Part shown: positions 17,392-26,179 of the stretch, piece by piece
Numbering within the stretch: position 1 is the first letter of the stretch
How the letters are laid out: each line of letters starts with the position of its first letter
Source of the DNA: Clostridia bacterium
GTDB taxonomy: Bacteria > Bacillota > Clostridia > Christensenellales > CAG-138
Direction: 5' to 3'
Length of the DNA: 64,000 nt
Assembly (NCBI GenBank): GCA_036677445.1
Contig: JAVBWI010000026.1
Coordinates: forward strand, 271 to 64,270
Made by a program: the position numbers and the translations under genes
Notes under the pieces: model-generated
The model's database searches: none
What the model was told of the DNA's origin: nothing
Seen by the model: only the letters and a program-made list of their open reading frames with translations

Positions 17392-17614
17392 AAGGATCCC
17401 ACAGTGGTTACCAGTTTCATTTTTAGAATGATTTACTTTGAAGGGGCAATGATCGTTAATTTTGCTTAACATAACGATATTTCAGGATAGGATTTATAGG
17501 GGTGTATTTTCTCGGCTTATTTCAGTAAAAAATGCAACTACGTAATATCGAATTGGAAGCATGCGCACGCAATACGGCTCATTCACAGGAATATAAACAC
17601 AGGAGGGAGTACAA

Positions 17615-18040
17615 ATGGATCACATTGTATATTGCGACAAAAAGGCAAAGGAGCTCCCGCGGCTGCTATCCGGCGAGCAGACCATGGTAATACGGGGAGC
17701 GACAGGACGAAAGCTCCCCCACGGCAGAGTAGACGTGGGGGACAGCCTGTATTTTCTCCAAAACGATGGCAGCGGACGAATTGTGGCCAAAGGTACCGTA
17801 TCGGATGTGTTTCATTCGGAAAAGCTGACGCCGGAGGAATCGGAGAGCCTGATTGAGAAACATATGCCCCGCCTGAAGCTTACGGACGCGCAGAAAAAGC
17901 GTTGGAGCGGTAAACGGTATCTGTGCCTGACGGGCGTGGCGGAGGTGGCGGAAATTACGCCGTTTACTTATGCACGGGAAAAGAACATGGATGATTGGGT
18001 CATTGTGGAACATATTGAGGACATCAAAGAAACCGTCTAA
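17615..18040 (+). CDS. ASCH/PUA-like domain protein (hypothetical)
   Basis: The ATG follows AGGAGGGAG. 141 aa with the pattern LLSGEQTMVIRG...GDSLYFLQ...IVAKGTV, which is reminiscent of ASCH domains. The assignment is tentative. Confidence 0.5.
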   Translation: MDHIVYCDKKAKELPRLLSGEQTMVIRGATGRKLPHGRVDVGDSLYFLQNDGSGRIVAKGTVSDVFHSEKLTPEESESLIEKHMPRLKLTDAQKKRWSGKRYLCLTGVAEVAEITPFTYAREKNMDDWVIVEHIEDIKETV

Positions 18041-18082
18041 AAGCCCTCACGGGTATTCAGCTCGGAAAGGAGGGTCAGCCGT

Positions 18083-19465
18083 ATGGAGATTAGAGAGGTC
18101 TTGCCGATTCTTATTCCCAGCGTTTTGTTCCAGCTGTCCATACAGGGTTTCTATATCATAAGGTGCCTGAAGGATTTAAGGCTCACGCCGGGTAAGCGCC
18201 GCCTGTATGCCGTAATGATCGCCTTTTTCAGTCTGCCCGCGGCTGCCGTTTACCTGTTTAAAAGCGGCGAAAAACTACCCGATGTGGACACAAGTGTCGC
18301 CGCCCACACCCGCAGAGGCATCTTTCTCCTGCTGGTGACGGCTTACGAGGTAATGGGGCTGCATATGCTGGCGGAAAACACAGGGAGTCCGCTTTACTTC
18401 CTCTTGGTAGCACTTCTCGCCATATCCTTTGTTTTGATGCTGCTGTACAATCTGCTCCCCGCAGGCAATCGCCTTGCGGTCAGCCCTATATTACCCGTTC
18501 TGCAACTGTTGCTCTGTGCCCCAATTCAATATTTAGACATCTCCGGGGACAATCTGTTTCTTTCAATTATTGCGGGAATCAGCGCAATCAACCACGCCCC
18601 GCTCCCCCAAGCGAAGGTATATGGAATCGCCGCGCTGGGCACGTATCTTGTGGGCAGCACGGCCAAGACAATCCTCATGTCCGCGACGAACGAAATGGGC
18701 CAGATTGTCCGATATTTCTTTGTAAACACGCTGGTGGTTTTGCTGGCCCTCGTCGCCTTTTATACGCTCAAAAAGCAGATGGTGACGAGCGGCCAACTGA
18801 AATTCGTCCTACACAAGGTGAAAGAGCAATCCGAACAGCTAAAGGGGTTGGCTGTGTTCGAAGAGCGCAACCGTATTGCCGCCGAAATGCACGATACGGT
18901 CGGGCATACGCTCACCGCGGCCGTCCTGACTTTAGAAGCGGCTGAAGGACTTCTGTCAAAACAGTCACCCCAAGCGGCGCAGAAACTCCATCAAGGGAAA
19001 GAACAGGTGCGACGCGGGCTTTCGGAGCTTCGCGCTTCCGTCAAAGCTGTCAGGGCAGAAAGCACAGCGGACTTCGCCGCCGCCCTCGGGCAGCTTTTAC
19101 GGGAAATTCGTTCGGACACCGGGTTGGACGTTCAGAGCGTCATTGAGTCATCGGTCGGGTTGCCGCCCCTCCAAGCGGGCATCCTGCTTTCGGCGGTGAA
19201 GGAGTGCGCGACAAACGCAATCCGACATGGGCAGGCCTCGCACGCAGATATTCTGGTTGGGGAGCATAACGGACAGCTCCGGCTTACCTTTACGGACAAC
19301 GGCATCGGCTCGGCGGATAATGTGCAACCCGGCTCCGGGTTTAACATCATGCTGGAGCGCATACAAAGCATCGGCGGGACGCTGTCCATAGAGACCACGC
19401 CGGGAGAAGGCTTTACCGTCAGCGTTACCATTCCCGCCGAGCAAGGGAAGGAGGATGCGCCATGA
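18083..19465 (+). CDS. intramembrane-sensing histidine kinase (HisKA_3/LiaS-DesK type)
   Basis: The ATG follows AAAGGAGGG. About seven N-terminal TM helices with almost no extracellular loop, then the H-box ERNRIAAEMHDTVGH and the HATPase_c N/G boxes. Confidence 0.85.
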   Translation: MEIREVLPILIPSVLFQLSIQGFYIIRCLKDLRLTPGKRRLYAVMIAFFSLPAAAVYLFKSGEKLPDVDTSVAAHTRRGIFLLLVTAYEVMGLHMLAENTGSPLYFLLVALLAISFVLMLLYNLLPAGNRLAVSPILPVLQLLLCAPIQYLDISGDNLFLSIIAGISAINHAPLPQAKVYGIAALGTYLVGSTAKTILMSATNEMGQIVRYFFVNTLVVLLALVAFYTLKKQMVTSGQLKFVLHKVKEQSEQLKGLAVFEERNRIAAEMHDTVGHTLTAAVLTLEAAEGLLSKQSPQAAQKLHQGKEQVRRGLSELRASVKAVRAESTADFAAALGQLLREIRSDTGLDVQSVIESSVGLPPLQAGILLSAVKECATNAIRHGQASHADILVGEHNGQLRLTFTDNGIGSADNVQPGSGFNIMLERIQSIGGTLSIETTPGEGFTVSVTIPAEQGKEDAP

Positions 19466-20097
19466 ACCAAATCACTGTCCTCATAGCAGACGATCAGACT
19501 ATTATCCGGGACGGCCTGCGTGCGCTTCTTGCCACTTATCTGGATATCCGGGTGGTTGCGGAAGCGAAAAACGGTGAGGAGGCTTATGAACAGTCGAAAA
19601 TCCACCGCCCTCATGTCATTCTCATGGATATCCGAATGCCGCAGATGGGCGGCGTTGAGGCTACGTGCCTGATCAAGCGGGATGTTCCCGAAACAGCCGT
19701 TTTGGTGCTGACCACCTTTGACGATGACGAAAGCATACTTGGCGCCATCACCTACGGCGCTTCGGGGTATCTCCTTAAAGATATCAGCGGGGCGAAGCTG
19801 GCGGAAGCCATCCGGGACGCCGTTCGGGGAAGCGTGATTCTGCCGGGCAATATCGCCGCAAAAATCACAAAGCATATCCATCGGCAAGGGCGACCGGAAC
19901 CGTCGCTTTCGGACTTTACGCCGCGGGAGCAGGAGATCATCCGGTTGCTGATGCAGGGGGAAAGCAATCAGGAAATCGCGCAGACGCTTTTTCTGACTGT
20001 CGGCACCGTTAAGAATTATGTCAGCCAGATATACAGCAAGGCAGGAATCGCCGACCGGGCGAACGCCATATTGCATTTCAAAGAATTGGGGTTCTAA
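19462..20097 (+). CDS. NarL/LuxR-family response regulator
   Basis: Start overlaps the kinase stop (ATGA). A receiver domain (ADDQ..., MDIRMP) is followed by a LuxR-type HTH (REQEIIRLLMQGESNQEIAQTLFLTVGTVKNY). Confidence 0.9.
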   Translation: MNQITVLIADDQTIIRDGLRALLATYLDIRVVAEAKNGEEAYEQSKIHRPHVILMDIRMPQMGGVEATCLIKRDVPETAVLVLTTFDDDESILGAITYGASGYLLKDISGAKLAEAIRDAVRGSVILPGNIAAKITKHIHRQGRPEPSLSDFTPREQEIIRLLMQGESNQEIAQTLFLTVGTVKNYVSQIYSKAGIADRANAILHFKELGF

Positions 20098-20115
20098 TGG
20101 GTTTAACTTTTGGGA

Positions 20116-20139
20116 CGGGGGCGCGGCTCCCGTTTTTTT
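20116..20139 (+). terminator. intrinsic terminator after the two-component operon
   Basis: Stem CGGGGG/CTCCCG (one G-U pair) with a 5-nt loop, followed by T7 (20133-20139). Confidence 0.6.
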
Positions 20140-20231
20140 GTTACCTGAAGCATGACTCCAGTCACTTATCATATCACCGTTTATCCTTCTATACTAAACA
20201 TGGAATCAAACCAAATGAGAGGATTTATGTC

Positions 20232-20444
20232 ATGAATGAATTTATGCTCACGAAAGAAACGCTTTTAATACTCTCCCCGCTTGTTTTCCTTCAGATATCC
20301 TTGGCCGTGTACTGTGGGATCAAAATCTTCAAGGAAGGCGTTGCAAACCTAAACCGGTGGGCGTGGCTTTTTATCTGCCTGTTTGTCAGCATGATCGGCC
20401 CGGTCATTTTCCTTCTGGCTGGAAGAAAGAAGGAATTCAAATGA
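20232..20444 (+). CDS. PLDc_N / YxlE-like small two-helix membrane protein
   Basis: 70 aa from the ATG at 20232, after GAGAGGA. Two TM helices joined by a basic/aromatic loop (NRWAWLF...IGPVIFLLAGRKK). The stop overlaps the start of the ABC ATPase. Confidence 0.7.
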   Translation: MNEFMLTKETLLILSPLVFLQISLAVYCGIKIFKEGVANLNRWAWLFICLFVSMIGPVIFLLAGRKKEFK

Positions 20445-21340
20445 TTACGGCAAAGGGGCTTACAAAGGAATTCAAAGGCTTTCAGGCATTAAAAGGGCTG
20501 GATATGCAGGTGAATGCCGGTGAGGTCTACGGTTTTGTCGGTCAGAATGGCGCGGGGAAAACCACTACCATGAACATTCTCGCCGGTCTATCCCATGCTG
20601 TGCAGGGCGAATGTGTTGTGAACGGAAATGATGTCGCAAGGCTTGCGCATCCCGGAGACTTGAATATAGGCTACCTTCCCGAGGAACCCAAATTCTATCC
20701 GTGGATGACTGCGCGTGAAACCCTTGTTTATTTGTCCGGCACACGAAGCACCGAACGCACTCGGGAGATACTTCGGTGGACCGGGCTTGTGGAGGCTCAG
20801 AATCGCCGCGTGGGCGGGTTCTCCCGCGGCATGAAACAGCGGCTGGGCATCGGCGCCGCTCTCATACGGAACCCTGAGCTTCTCATTCTTGACGAGCCGT
20901 CCTCGGCCCTTGACCCGGAGGGAAGAAGCGAAGTGCTCCGCCTGATTAAAGACCTGAAAAGCATGGGCAAAACCATTTTATTTTCCACGCACATTTTAGA
21001 CGACGTCGAGCGTGTCTGCGATACGGTCGGTATGATCGATGCAGGACAAATGGTGTTTGAAAAGCCGCTTGCGCAGCTTCAAAAAGAGACCATGCAGTCG
21101 ATTTTTGACATCACTCCCGCCTACGCTGTGGAACCCAATATGCTGGATGCGCTGGAGCGGCTTACGGGCGTCGTGTCCGTAACGAAATTAGAGACCTCCT
21201 TCACTGTCAAAGCGGCAGACAGCACAGTTTCCGTTTCGGTGATGCGGTTCTTGGCAGAACACGAGATTGCTGTAGAGTCTTTTTCTCTGCGCAAGGCGCG
21301 GTTAGAGGATTTATTTCTACAGGGGGTGAACGCAAAATGA
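20441..21340 (+). CDS. ABC transporter ATP-binding protein (ABC-2/YxlF-like)
   Basis: Walker A GQNGAGKTT, signature FSRGMKQRL, Walker B LLILDEPSSALD. Confidence 0.9.
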   Translation: MITAKGLTKEFKGFQALKGLDMQVNAGEVYGFVGQNGAGKTTTMNILAGLSHAVQGECVVNGNDVARLAHPGDLNIGYLPEEPKFYPWMTARETLVYLSGTRSTERTREILRWTGLVEAQNRRVGGFSRGMKQRLGIGAALIRNPELLILDEPSSALDPEGRSEVLRLIKDLKSMGKTILFSTHILDDVERVCDTVGMIDAGQMVFEKPLAQLQKETMQSIFDITPAYAVEPNMLDALERLTGVVSVTKLETSFTVKAADSTVSVSVMRFLAEHEIAVESFSLRKARLEDLFLQGVNAK

Positions 21341-22116
21341 AAGATGAGATCATCAAAGAACTGCACTATGCCATAAGGAGCGGGCGGGTGCTTATCCTGC
21401 TTGCGAGCTTCCTGTTTTTTGCGCTGCTGACGCCAGTGATGCTCAAGGTGGTGCTTCCAATGGTTCTCTCCAGTCAGCTTTCCGGAGAAGCCTCGCAGGC
21501 CATCAGCAGCCTAACGGGTATGACTCAGCTCGACTGTGTTCGCAACTATATGGACGATGTGTTTCAAATCGGAACACTCATCATCTCCTTTACGCTGTGC
21601 GGCCTTACGGCGGCTGAGATCCGGGGAAACACATGGGTGCTGCCCCTATGCTCTGGAAAACGGTTTGGGCGGATGATCGGTGCGAAGCTGCTGGTTTTTG
21701 GCGCGTTGCTGATCATGGTTCCCATTCTTGCGCTGCTTGCCGATTATGGGTATGCGGGGCTTCTCTTTGGCTTTGAGATCGGGATTCTTCCCATTCTATA
21801 CGGTGGACTGTTGCAGGGGATTTATATGCTGCTTTTGCTCTCCTGCTTGATGATGTGGGGCGCTTTACTGAAAAAACCGATCCCTGCCGGTTGTTTGACG
21901 CTGGCGACAGCGTTCGGGCTGCATTTTATCTCATCCCTGCTCTGCATACCCGAGTGGACACCCTCCGGTTTGCTGGTTGAGGCCCAAAAGCTGATACCGG
22001 CAGCCGCATCATCGCTGTTAATTCCACTGGCCGTGACGATGCTGCTTATTGTTTTGATGCCGCTTCTCACTCTATGGCGGCTGAAGCGCATGGAATGGAA
22101 TACACGGAACGTGTAA
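21337..22116 (+). CDS. ABC-2-type permease
   Basis: Start overlaps the ATPase stop. 259 aa with six predicted TM helices. Confidence 0.7.
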   Translation: MKDEIIKELHYAIRSGRVLILLASFLFFALLTPVMLKVVLPMVLSSQLSGEASQAISSLTGMTQLDCVRNYMDDVFQIGTLIISFTLCGLTAAEIRGNTWVLPLCSGKRFGRMIGAKLLVFGALLIMVPILALLADYGYAGLLFGFEIGILPILYGGLLQGIYMLLLLSCLMMWGALLKKPIPAGCLTLATAFGLHFISSLLCIPEWTPSGLLVEAQKLIPAAASSLLIPLAVTMLLIVLMPLLTLWRLKRMEWNTRNV

Positions 22117-22127
22117 CCCAAGGAGGT

Positions 22128-23606
22128 ATGAAAATGAAAAACACAGAAATATTTGGAGGCCGCAGGATGTGGATATGGTTTATAGTTTTATCCCTGTTTA
22201 TCGGTTTTCTTGCGACGCTGCTTTCCGGCAGCCTGCGAATCAAGCGAAATATATATGCCAATGCCTCCTTGGAAGATTTTCGGACGCATATGAACGAGCG
22301 CATCCCCGCGCTGATGAAGCTGTATCAGATTCCCGGCTGCAACGTCGCGCTTGTGCGTGGTCACGAAATCGTATGGACGCAAAGCTTTGGTTACGCGGAT
22401 GTGGCAAGCGGCAGGGCGCTGACGGTCGATACCCCCATGAGCGTTCAATCCATTACAAAATCCGTTACCGCATTGGGGGTTATGAGGCTTGTAGAGAAGG
22501 GTTTAGTAGACATGGACGCTCCATTGTCGCGGTACCTGAAAAGCTGGAAATTCCCGCCATCGGGCTATCCGGTGGAACAGGTTACGATACGCCGGCTTTT
22601 GAGCCATACCGCCGGAATGCCGTTGGGTGATTTCACCTACGTCTTTTCACCGGGAGAAAAAATGCCCTCGCTTAGAGAGCGGCTCACGCAGGAGGCGGTT
22701 TTAATGCGGGAACCGGGGACGGGATTTACCTACTCAAACGTAGGCTTCCATCTTCTGGAGCTACTTATCGAGGAGGCTACGGGGCAGGACTTTTCGGAAT
22801 ATATGCGCACGGAGGTATTCCTTCCGCTGGGTATGAAAAGCGCGGCCTACACGGTGGACGATAGTATGATGCCCTACCCGCCCACGGCATATAACCTCGG
22901 CGGAAAGCCGATTCCGGTTTATCTCTATCCCGAAAAGGCGGCGGGCGGCTTGTTTGCTACGGTAGAGGATATCGCCCGGTTTGCCCAAGCGGGCTTAAAA
23001 GAGAACCCTGTGCTAAGTGCTCAGAGCATTGGCCGGATGTATCTGCCTGAGAGCCGCAAAATTGGGATTTACGGTCTGGCGTTTGAAGCGTACGGTCTTG
23101 GGCACTATCTCGAAACGCTGCCGAACGGTTTACGCAGCGTTTCCCACGGCGGTCAGGGCAACGGTATCATGACGCATTTTCAGGCTGTACCGGAAACGGG
23201 CGACGCCATCGTGATCCTCACAAACAGCCAAAGAAGCTGGCCGTTTATCGCCTATGTACTCAGTGATTGGGCATGGTGGAGATCGTTCCCGTCCATCGGC
23301 ATGGGGAGGATTATCTGGGGGCATTATGGACTGAGTACGGTAATCGGCATGCTGCTCTCCGCAAGTCTGCTGATCGTTTTAAGAACAATTACAGCTTTTT
23401 ACCGGCAAAAGCGCTTTGGTGTGAAGCCATTCCGGGCCGTGATAGCGTTGCTTCTGCTCGGCATCCTGATTTGGTGCGCTTGCCAGAAGTACCTGTTTTT
23501 GACCTCGGTCTTCCCGATTTTGTCGATATGGCTTGGAGGCGCGGCACTTATTTTCTCCATTGCTTTGCTGGCATCAGCCATAATACCGTATGATCATAAC
23601 TGCTGA
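22128..23606 (+). CDS. serine hydrolase (beta-lactamase/PBP4*-type) with N- and C-terminal membrane segments
   Basis: ATG at 22128 follows AGGAGG. Contains the SxxK motif (SITKSV) and YSN. Four hydrophobic helices follow the catalytic domain. Confidence 0.85.
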   Translation: MKMKNTEIFGGRRMWIWFIVLSLFIGFLATLLSGSLRIKRNIYANASLEDFRTHMNERIPALMKLYQIPGCNVALVRGHEIVWTQSFGYADVASGRALTVDTPMSVQSITKSVTALGVMRLVEKGLVDMDAPLSRYLKSWKFPPSGYPVEQVTIRRLLSHTAGMPLGDFTYVFSPGEKMPSLRERLTQEAVLMREPGTGFTYSNVGFHLLELLIEEATGQDFSEYMRTEVFLPLGMKSAAYTVDDSMMPYPPTAYNLGGKPIPVYLYPEKAAGGLFATVEDIARFAQAGLKENPVLSAQSIGRMYLPESRKIGIYGLAFEAYGLGHYLETLPNGLRSVSHGGQGNGIMTHFQAVPETGDAIVILTNSQRSWPFIAYVLSDWAWWRSFPSIGMGRIIWGHYGLSTVIGMLLSASLLIVLRTITAFYRQKRFGVKPFRAVIALLLLGILIWCACQKYLFLTSVFPILSIWLGGAALIFSIALLASAIIPYDHNC

Positions 23607-23685
23607 TTTCAACTCTTGAGAAGGGATTTGTAAATTGCATAAGTAACAGCGATTAAAACTGGCGAAATGACCTACATTCAGTGCG

Positions 23686-23844
23686 CCAGATCGCATGGGC
23701 GGGGATTTGGCACTGTGCTCCGATGGCAACAAGGGCAGCACCTTCAGAATTACGATTCCCGCGATTTATGGTAGATTTAAGATTCAAATCAGCTGTATGA
23801 CAGGTTCGAATGCTATGATAGCAATAAGCCTGAAATACAGCTGA
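23686..23844 (+). pseudogene. histidine-kinase C-terminal remnant
   Basis: The frame contains MGGDLALCSDGNKGSTFRITIPA (23695-23763), which is the G2 box and last strand of an HATPase_c domain. No upstream kinase body or start is present. Confidence 0.35.
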
Positions 23845-23937
23845 TTTTTTTATGGTGAGGTGATAAGTAATGAAGCACGAACCGGCTCGTTTAGAGATAT
23901 TTCTTACAAGGCTCATGTTTGCGGAGGAGGTATTGTC

Positions 23938-24369
23938 ATGCTTTTCAGAAAACAAAACGCAGGAATGAGGTGTGTTCAGAATATGAATCCGGTTATTTTT
24001 CTGCCACTGGTAATTGCCATTATTATAGCGCTCACGGCTTGCACCGCGACAAAAGGCAGTATTGTGATCCTTGAAAATCCAAATGGGACAGGATTCACAA
24101 TGGATTTCAAAGAATGGAGCGCAAAAAACAAGTGCGAGTTGTCTTTGAACAGGGATGATGTGTTGCAAATTGAAGTTGCCCGTGAAAGTGGAGAGATCGC
24201 CCTTATGGTCAGCGGCAAAAACGGCAGCGAACCCTATACGGGAAACGATTTGCAGTCCGGCATATTCACTGTTGCCGTTTCTGAAACGGATGAGTATGTG
24301 ATACGAATTACCGGCAAAGACGCAATCGGAAAGATTACGGTCAAAAATTTGGGGAGCGAGGTTAAATAG
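23938..24369 (+). CDS. hypothetical lipoprotein
   Basis: ATG at 23938 follows GGAGGAGG. The signal peptide ends in the lipobox IALTAC. The mature part is beta-rich and no family was recognised. Confidence 0.6.
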   Translation: MLFRKQNAGMRCVQNMNPVIFLPLVIAIIIALTACTATKGSIVILENPNGTGFTMDFKEWSAKNKCELSLNRDDVLQIEVARESGEIALMVSGKNGSEPYTGNDLQSGIFTVAVSETDEYVIRITGKDAIGKITVKNLGSEVK

Positions 24370-25128
24370 ATGGTTGGGATTTATTTGAGCGGCACGGGCA
24401 ACACCAAGCGTTGCACGCAGAGACTTGTTCATCTTCTTGATGAACAGGCTCAGACCCTTCCGATAGAGGAGGATAGAGCAGTTGCGGCTATTAAAGAGAA
24501 CGGAATAATCGTGCTGGCATACCCAGTTCAGTTTTCCAATGCGCCGGTGATGGTTCGAGATTTCATCAAAAATCATGCTGACCTTTGGCAAGATAAAAAG
24601 GTTCTCTGCGTGGCAACGATGGGCGCGTTCAGCGGCGACGGTACGGGCTGTACGGCAAGGCTGTTAAAAAAATACGGTGCGAAAATCATTGGCGGGTTGC
24701 ATATCCGTATGCCGGATTCGGTATGCGATGTGAAGTTGTTGAAGAAACCGTTGGAGAAAAACAAGCAGATTGTGTTGGCAGCGGATAAAAAGACTGAAGC
24801 TATTGCCGCCAGTATCAAGGCTGGCAAGTACCCAAAAGAAGGCTTGGGGTTCTTCCATCACATTACCGGGTTATTCGGACAGCGGCTTTGGTTTTATGGC
24901 AAAACGCTACATCATTCTGACCAGCTCAAAATCAGCGCCGCTTGCGTAGGTTGCGGCCAATGTGCAGAACTATGTCCGATGAAAAATATCACAATGCGTG
25001 ATAGAAAGCCCGTTCCCGGTAATCAGTGTACCATGTGCTACCGTTGTATCTGCCAATGCCCTCAAAAGGCAATTACGCTTCTTGGGAAACGGACACTGTT
25101 CCACTCCGGGCATGGTATATCAGGGTAA
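24370..25128 (+). CDS. EFR1-family ferredoxin (flavodoxin-like N-domain + 2x[4Fe-4S])
   Basis: N-terminus MVGIYLSGTGNTKRC (flavodoxin-like). C-terminus CVGCGQCAELCP and CTMCYRCICQCP cluster motifs. Confidence 0.8.
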   Translation: MVGIYLSGTGNTKRCTQRLVHLLDEQAQTLPIEEDRAVAAIKENGIIVLAYPVQFSNAPVMVRDFIKNHADLWQDKKVLCVATMGAFSGDGTGCTARLLKKYGAKIIGGLHIRMPDSVCDVKLLKKPLEKNKQIVLAADKKTEAIAASIKAGKYPKEGLGFFHHITGLFGQRLWFYGKTLHHSDQLKISAACVGCGQCAELCPMKNITMRDRKPVPGNQCTMCYRCICQCPQKAITLLGKRTLFHSGHGISG

Positions 25129-25323
25129 CATTGTCCCGGGGGCATTCATCCACGGACCCATATGCGGGTTCTCTTTAACGTTCACTTTGCTAACCCCTTC
25201 CATTTTTTGGTTCGCAGTATTCTATGGAGGACACTGAAAACATGCTACATTTCTAGACAAAGACTGATGTATTGGCATCTTTTTACCTAACTTCTCAAAT
25301 AAGGCCGTAGGCTGGATACAAAG

Positions 25324-25546
25324 AAACCTCCAGAAGTTCTGGAGGTTCAGAGTATCGATAAACCCTCTCCATGGGGGTGTGGCGGAGTAGAATACCCCCA
25401 CTTTTAATCCGATTTGACATCGCAGCGTCTTTGTGCGTCAAATCGGCGGAAAAATGCCGCATGAGCGGCATTTTAACCCACCAAAAACCCATCGACAAAG
25501 TCCACAGGACTTTGTCGATGGTCTAAACATCCAGAAGTTCTGGAGG
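25324..25546. repeat. family-A multi-hairpin insert (copy 2, inverted) bracketed by a 22-nt direct duplication of a hairpin
   Basis: AAAC(C/A)TCCAGAAGTTCTGGAGG occurs at 25324-25345 and 25525-25546 (21/22 identical). The interior (25346-25524) is collinear with the reverse complement of 6549-6737 and includes a perfect 15-bp stem at 25489-25521. Confidence 0.8.
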
Positions 25547-25690
25547 GCTTCCGGCCTTTTAGGTATGGAAGCAGATCAATAATGTGCTCTTCTTTTTCTG
25601 CTTGCATCATGTCGATGCGCGCTTTCACCATTTGTCCCTCCCGATTGGAGGCTGTATTTCATGGCTGCCGTGACACTGGAGAAAACGACA

Positions 25691-25930
25691 TTATTGGTGA
25701 TTTCTTTCCTTATGCTGCCTCTTTTTTATAGGCGTTATGATCGCGCCGGTCAATAAACCCAGTACGCCACCATAGACGGCGGAAATATAAGGGTTGGACG
25801 TGATGGCACAAGTTCCGCTGGCACATCCGATAAAATGATAATACAGATACCCGCCCGCTGTACCAATAACCGTAAAGATTACCATGGGCAAGTATCGAAG
25901 CCATATTTTCTTTGCGATTTTACGCTCCAT
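25691..25930 (-). CDS. small membrane protein with CxxxxC motif (DUF6132-like)
   Basis: 79 aa from MERKIAKK, with two TM helices flanking GCASGTC. The upstream in-frame extension to 26179 has no RBS, so the start is uncertain. Confidence 0.55.
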   Translation of the reverse strand: MERKIAKKIWLRYLPMVIFTVIGTAGGYLYYHFIGCASGTCAITSNPYISAVYGGVLGLLTGAIITPIKKRQHKERNHQ

Positions 25931-26179
25931 GTTTTTCGCTTCTTTCCCGTTTGTTGTAGTATAGCCTTGATGGGAAGGCGTCACCGTGATTTTATCACCT
26001 TCGGCCGGGTAACGGCTGAATTGATCCAATTTTTGCGTCTGGCGCAAAACGCTTTTTGCCATTTTCTGATGAAATTCCGTTTTGTTCATTTTTGCTGACA
26101 AATATGCGGATTTTTCGGATTGCCCAGAAATTGTTATAACAATATGATAAAGAAAACAGATCAAAAGGAGTGTAGGCAA

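Noticed and set aside
9737-17614. Intact integrative element or prophage at tRNA-Val
   Set aside because: There are no integrase, recombinase, replication or structural genes, only IS remnants and gene fragments. I treat this region as a decayed island rather than a mobile element.
23653-24591. 312-aa minus-strand ORF
   Set aside because: It lies antisense to two plus-strand genes that have strong RBSs and recognisable features: a lipobox protein and an EFR1 ferredoxin with two Cys clusters. Its translation is low-complexity with no motif, and it has no RBS.
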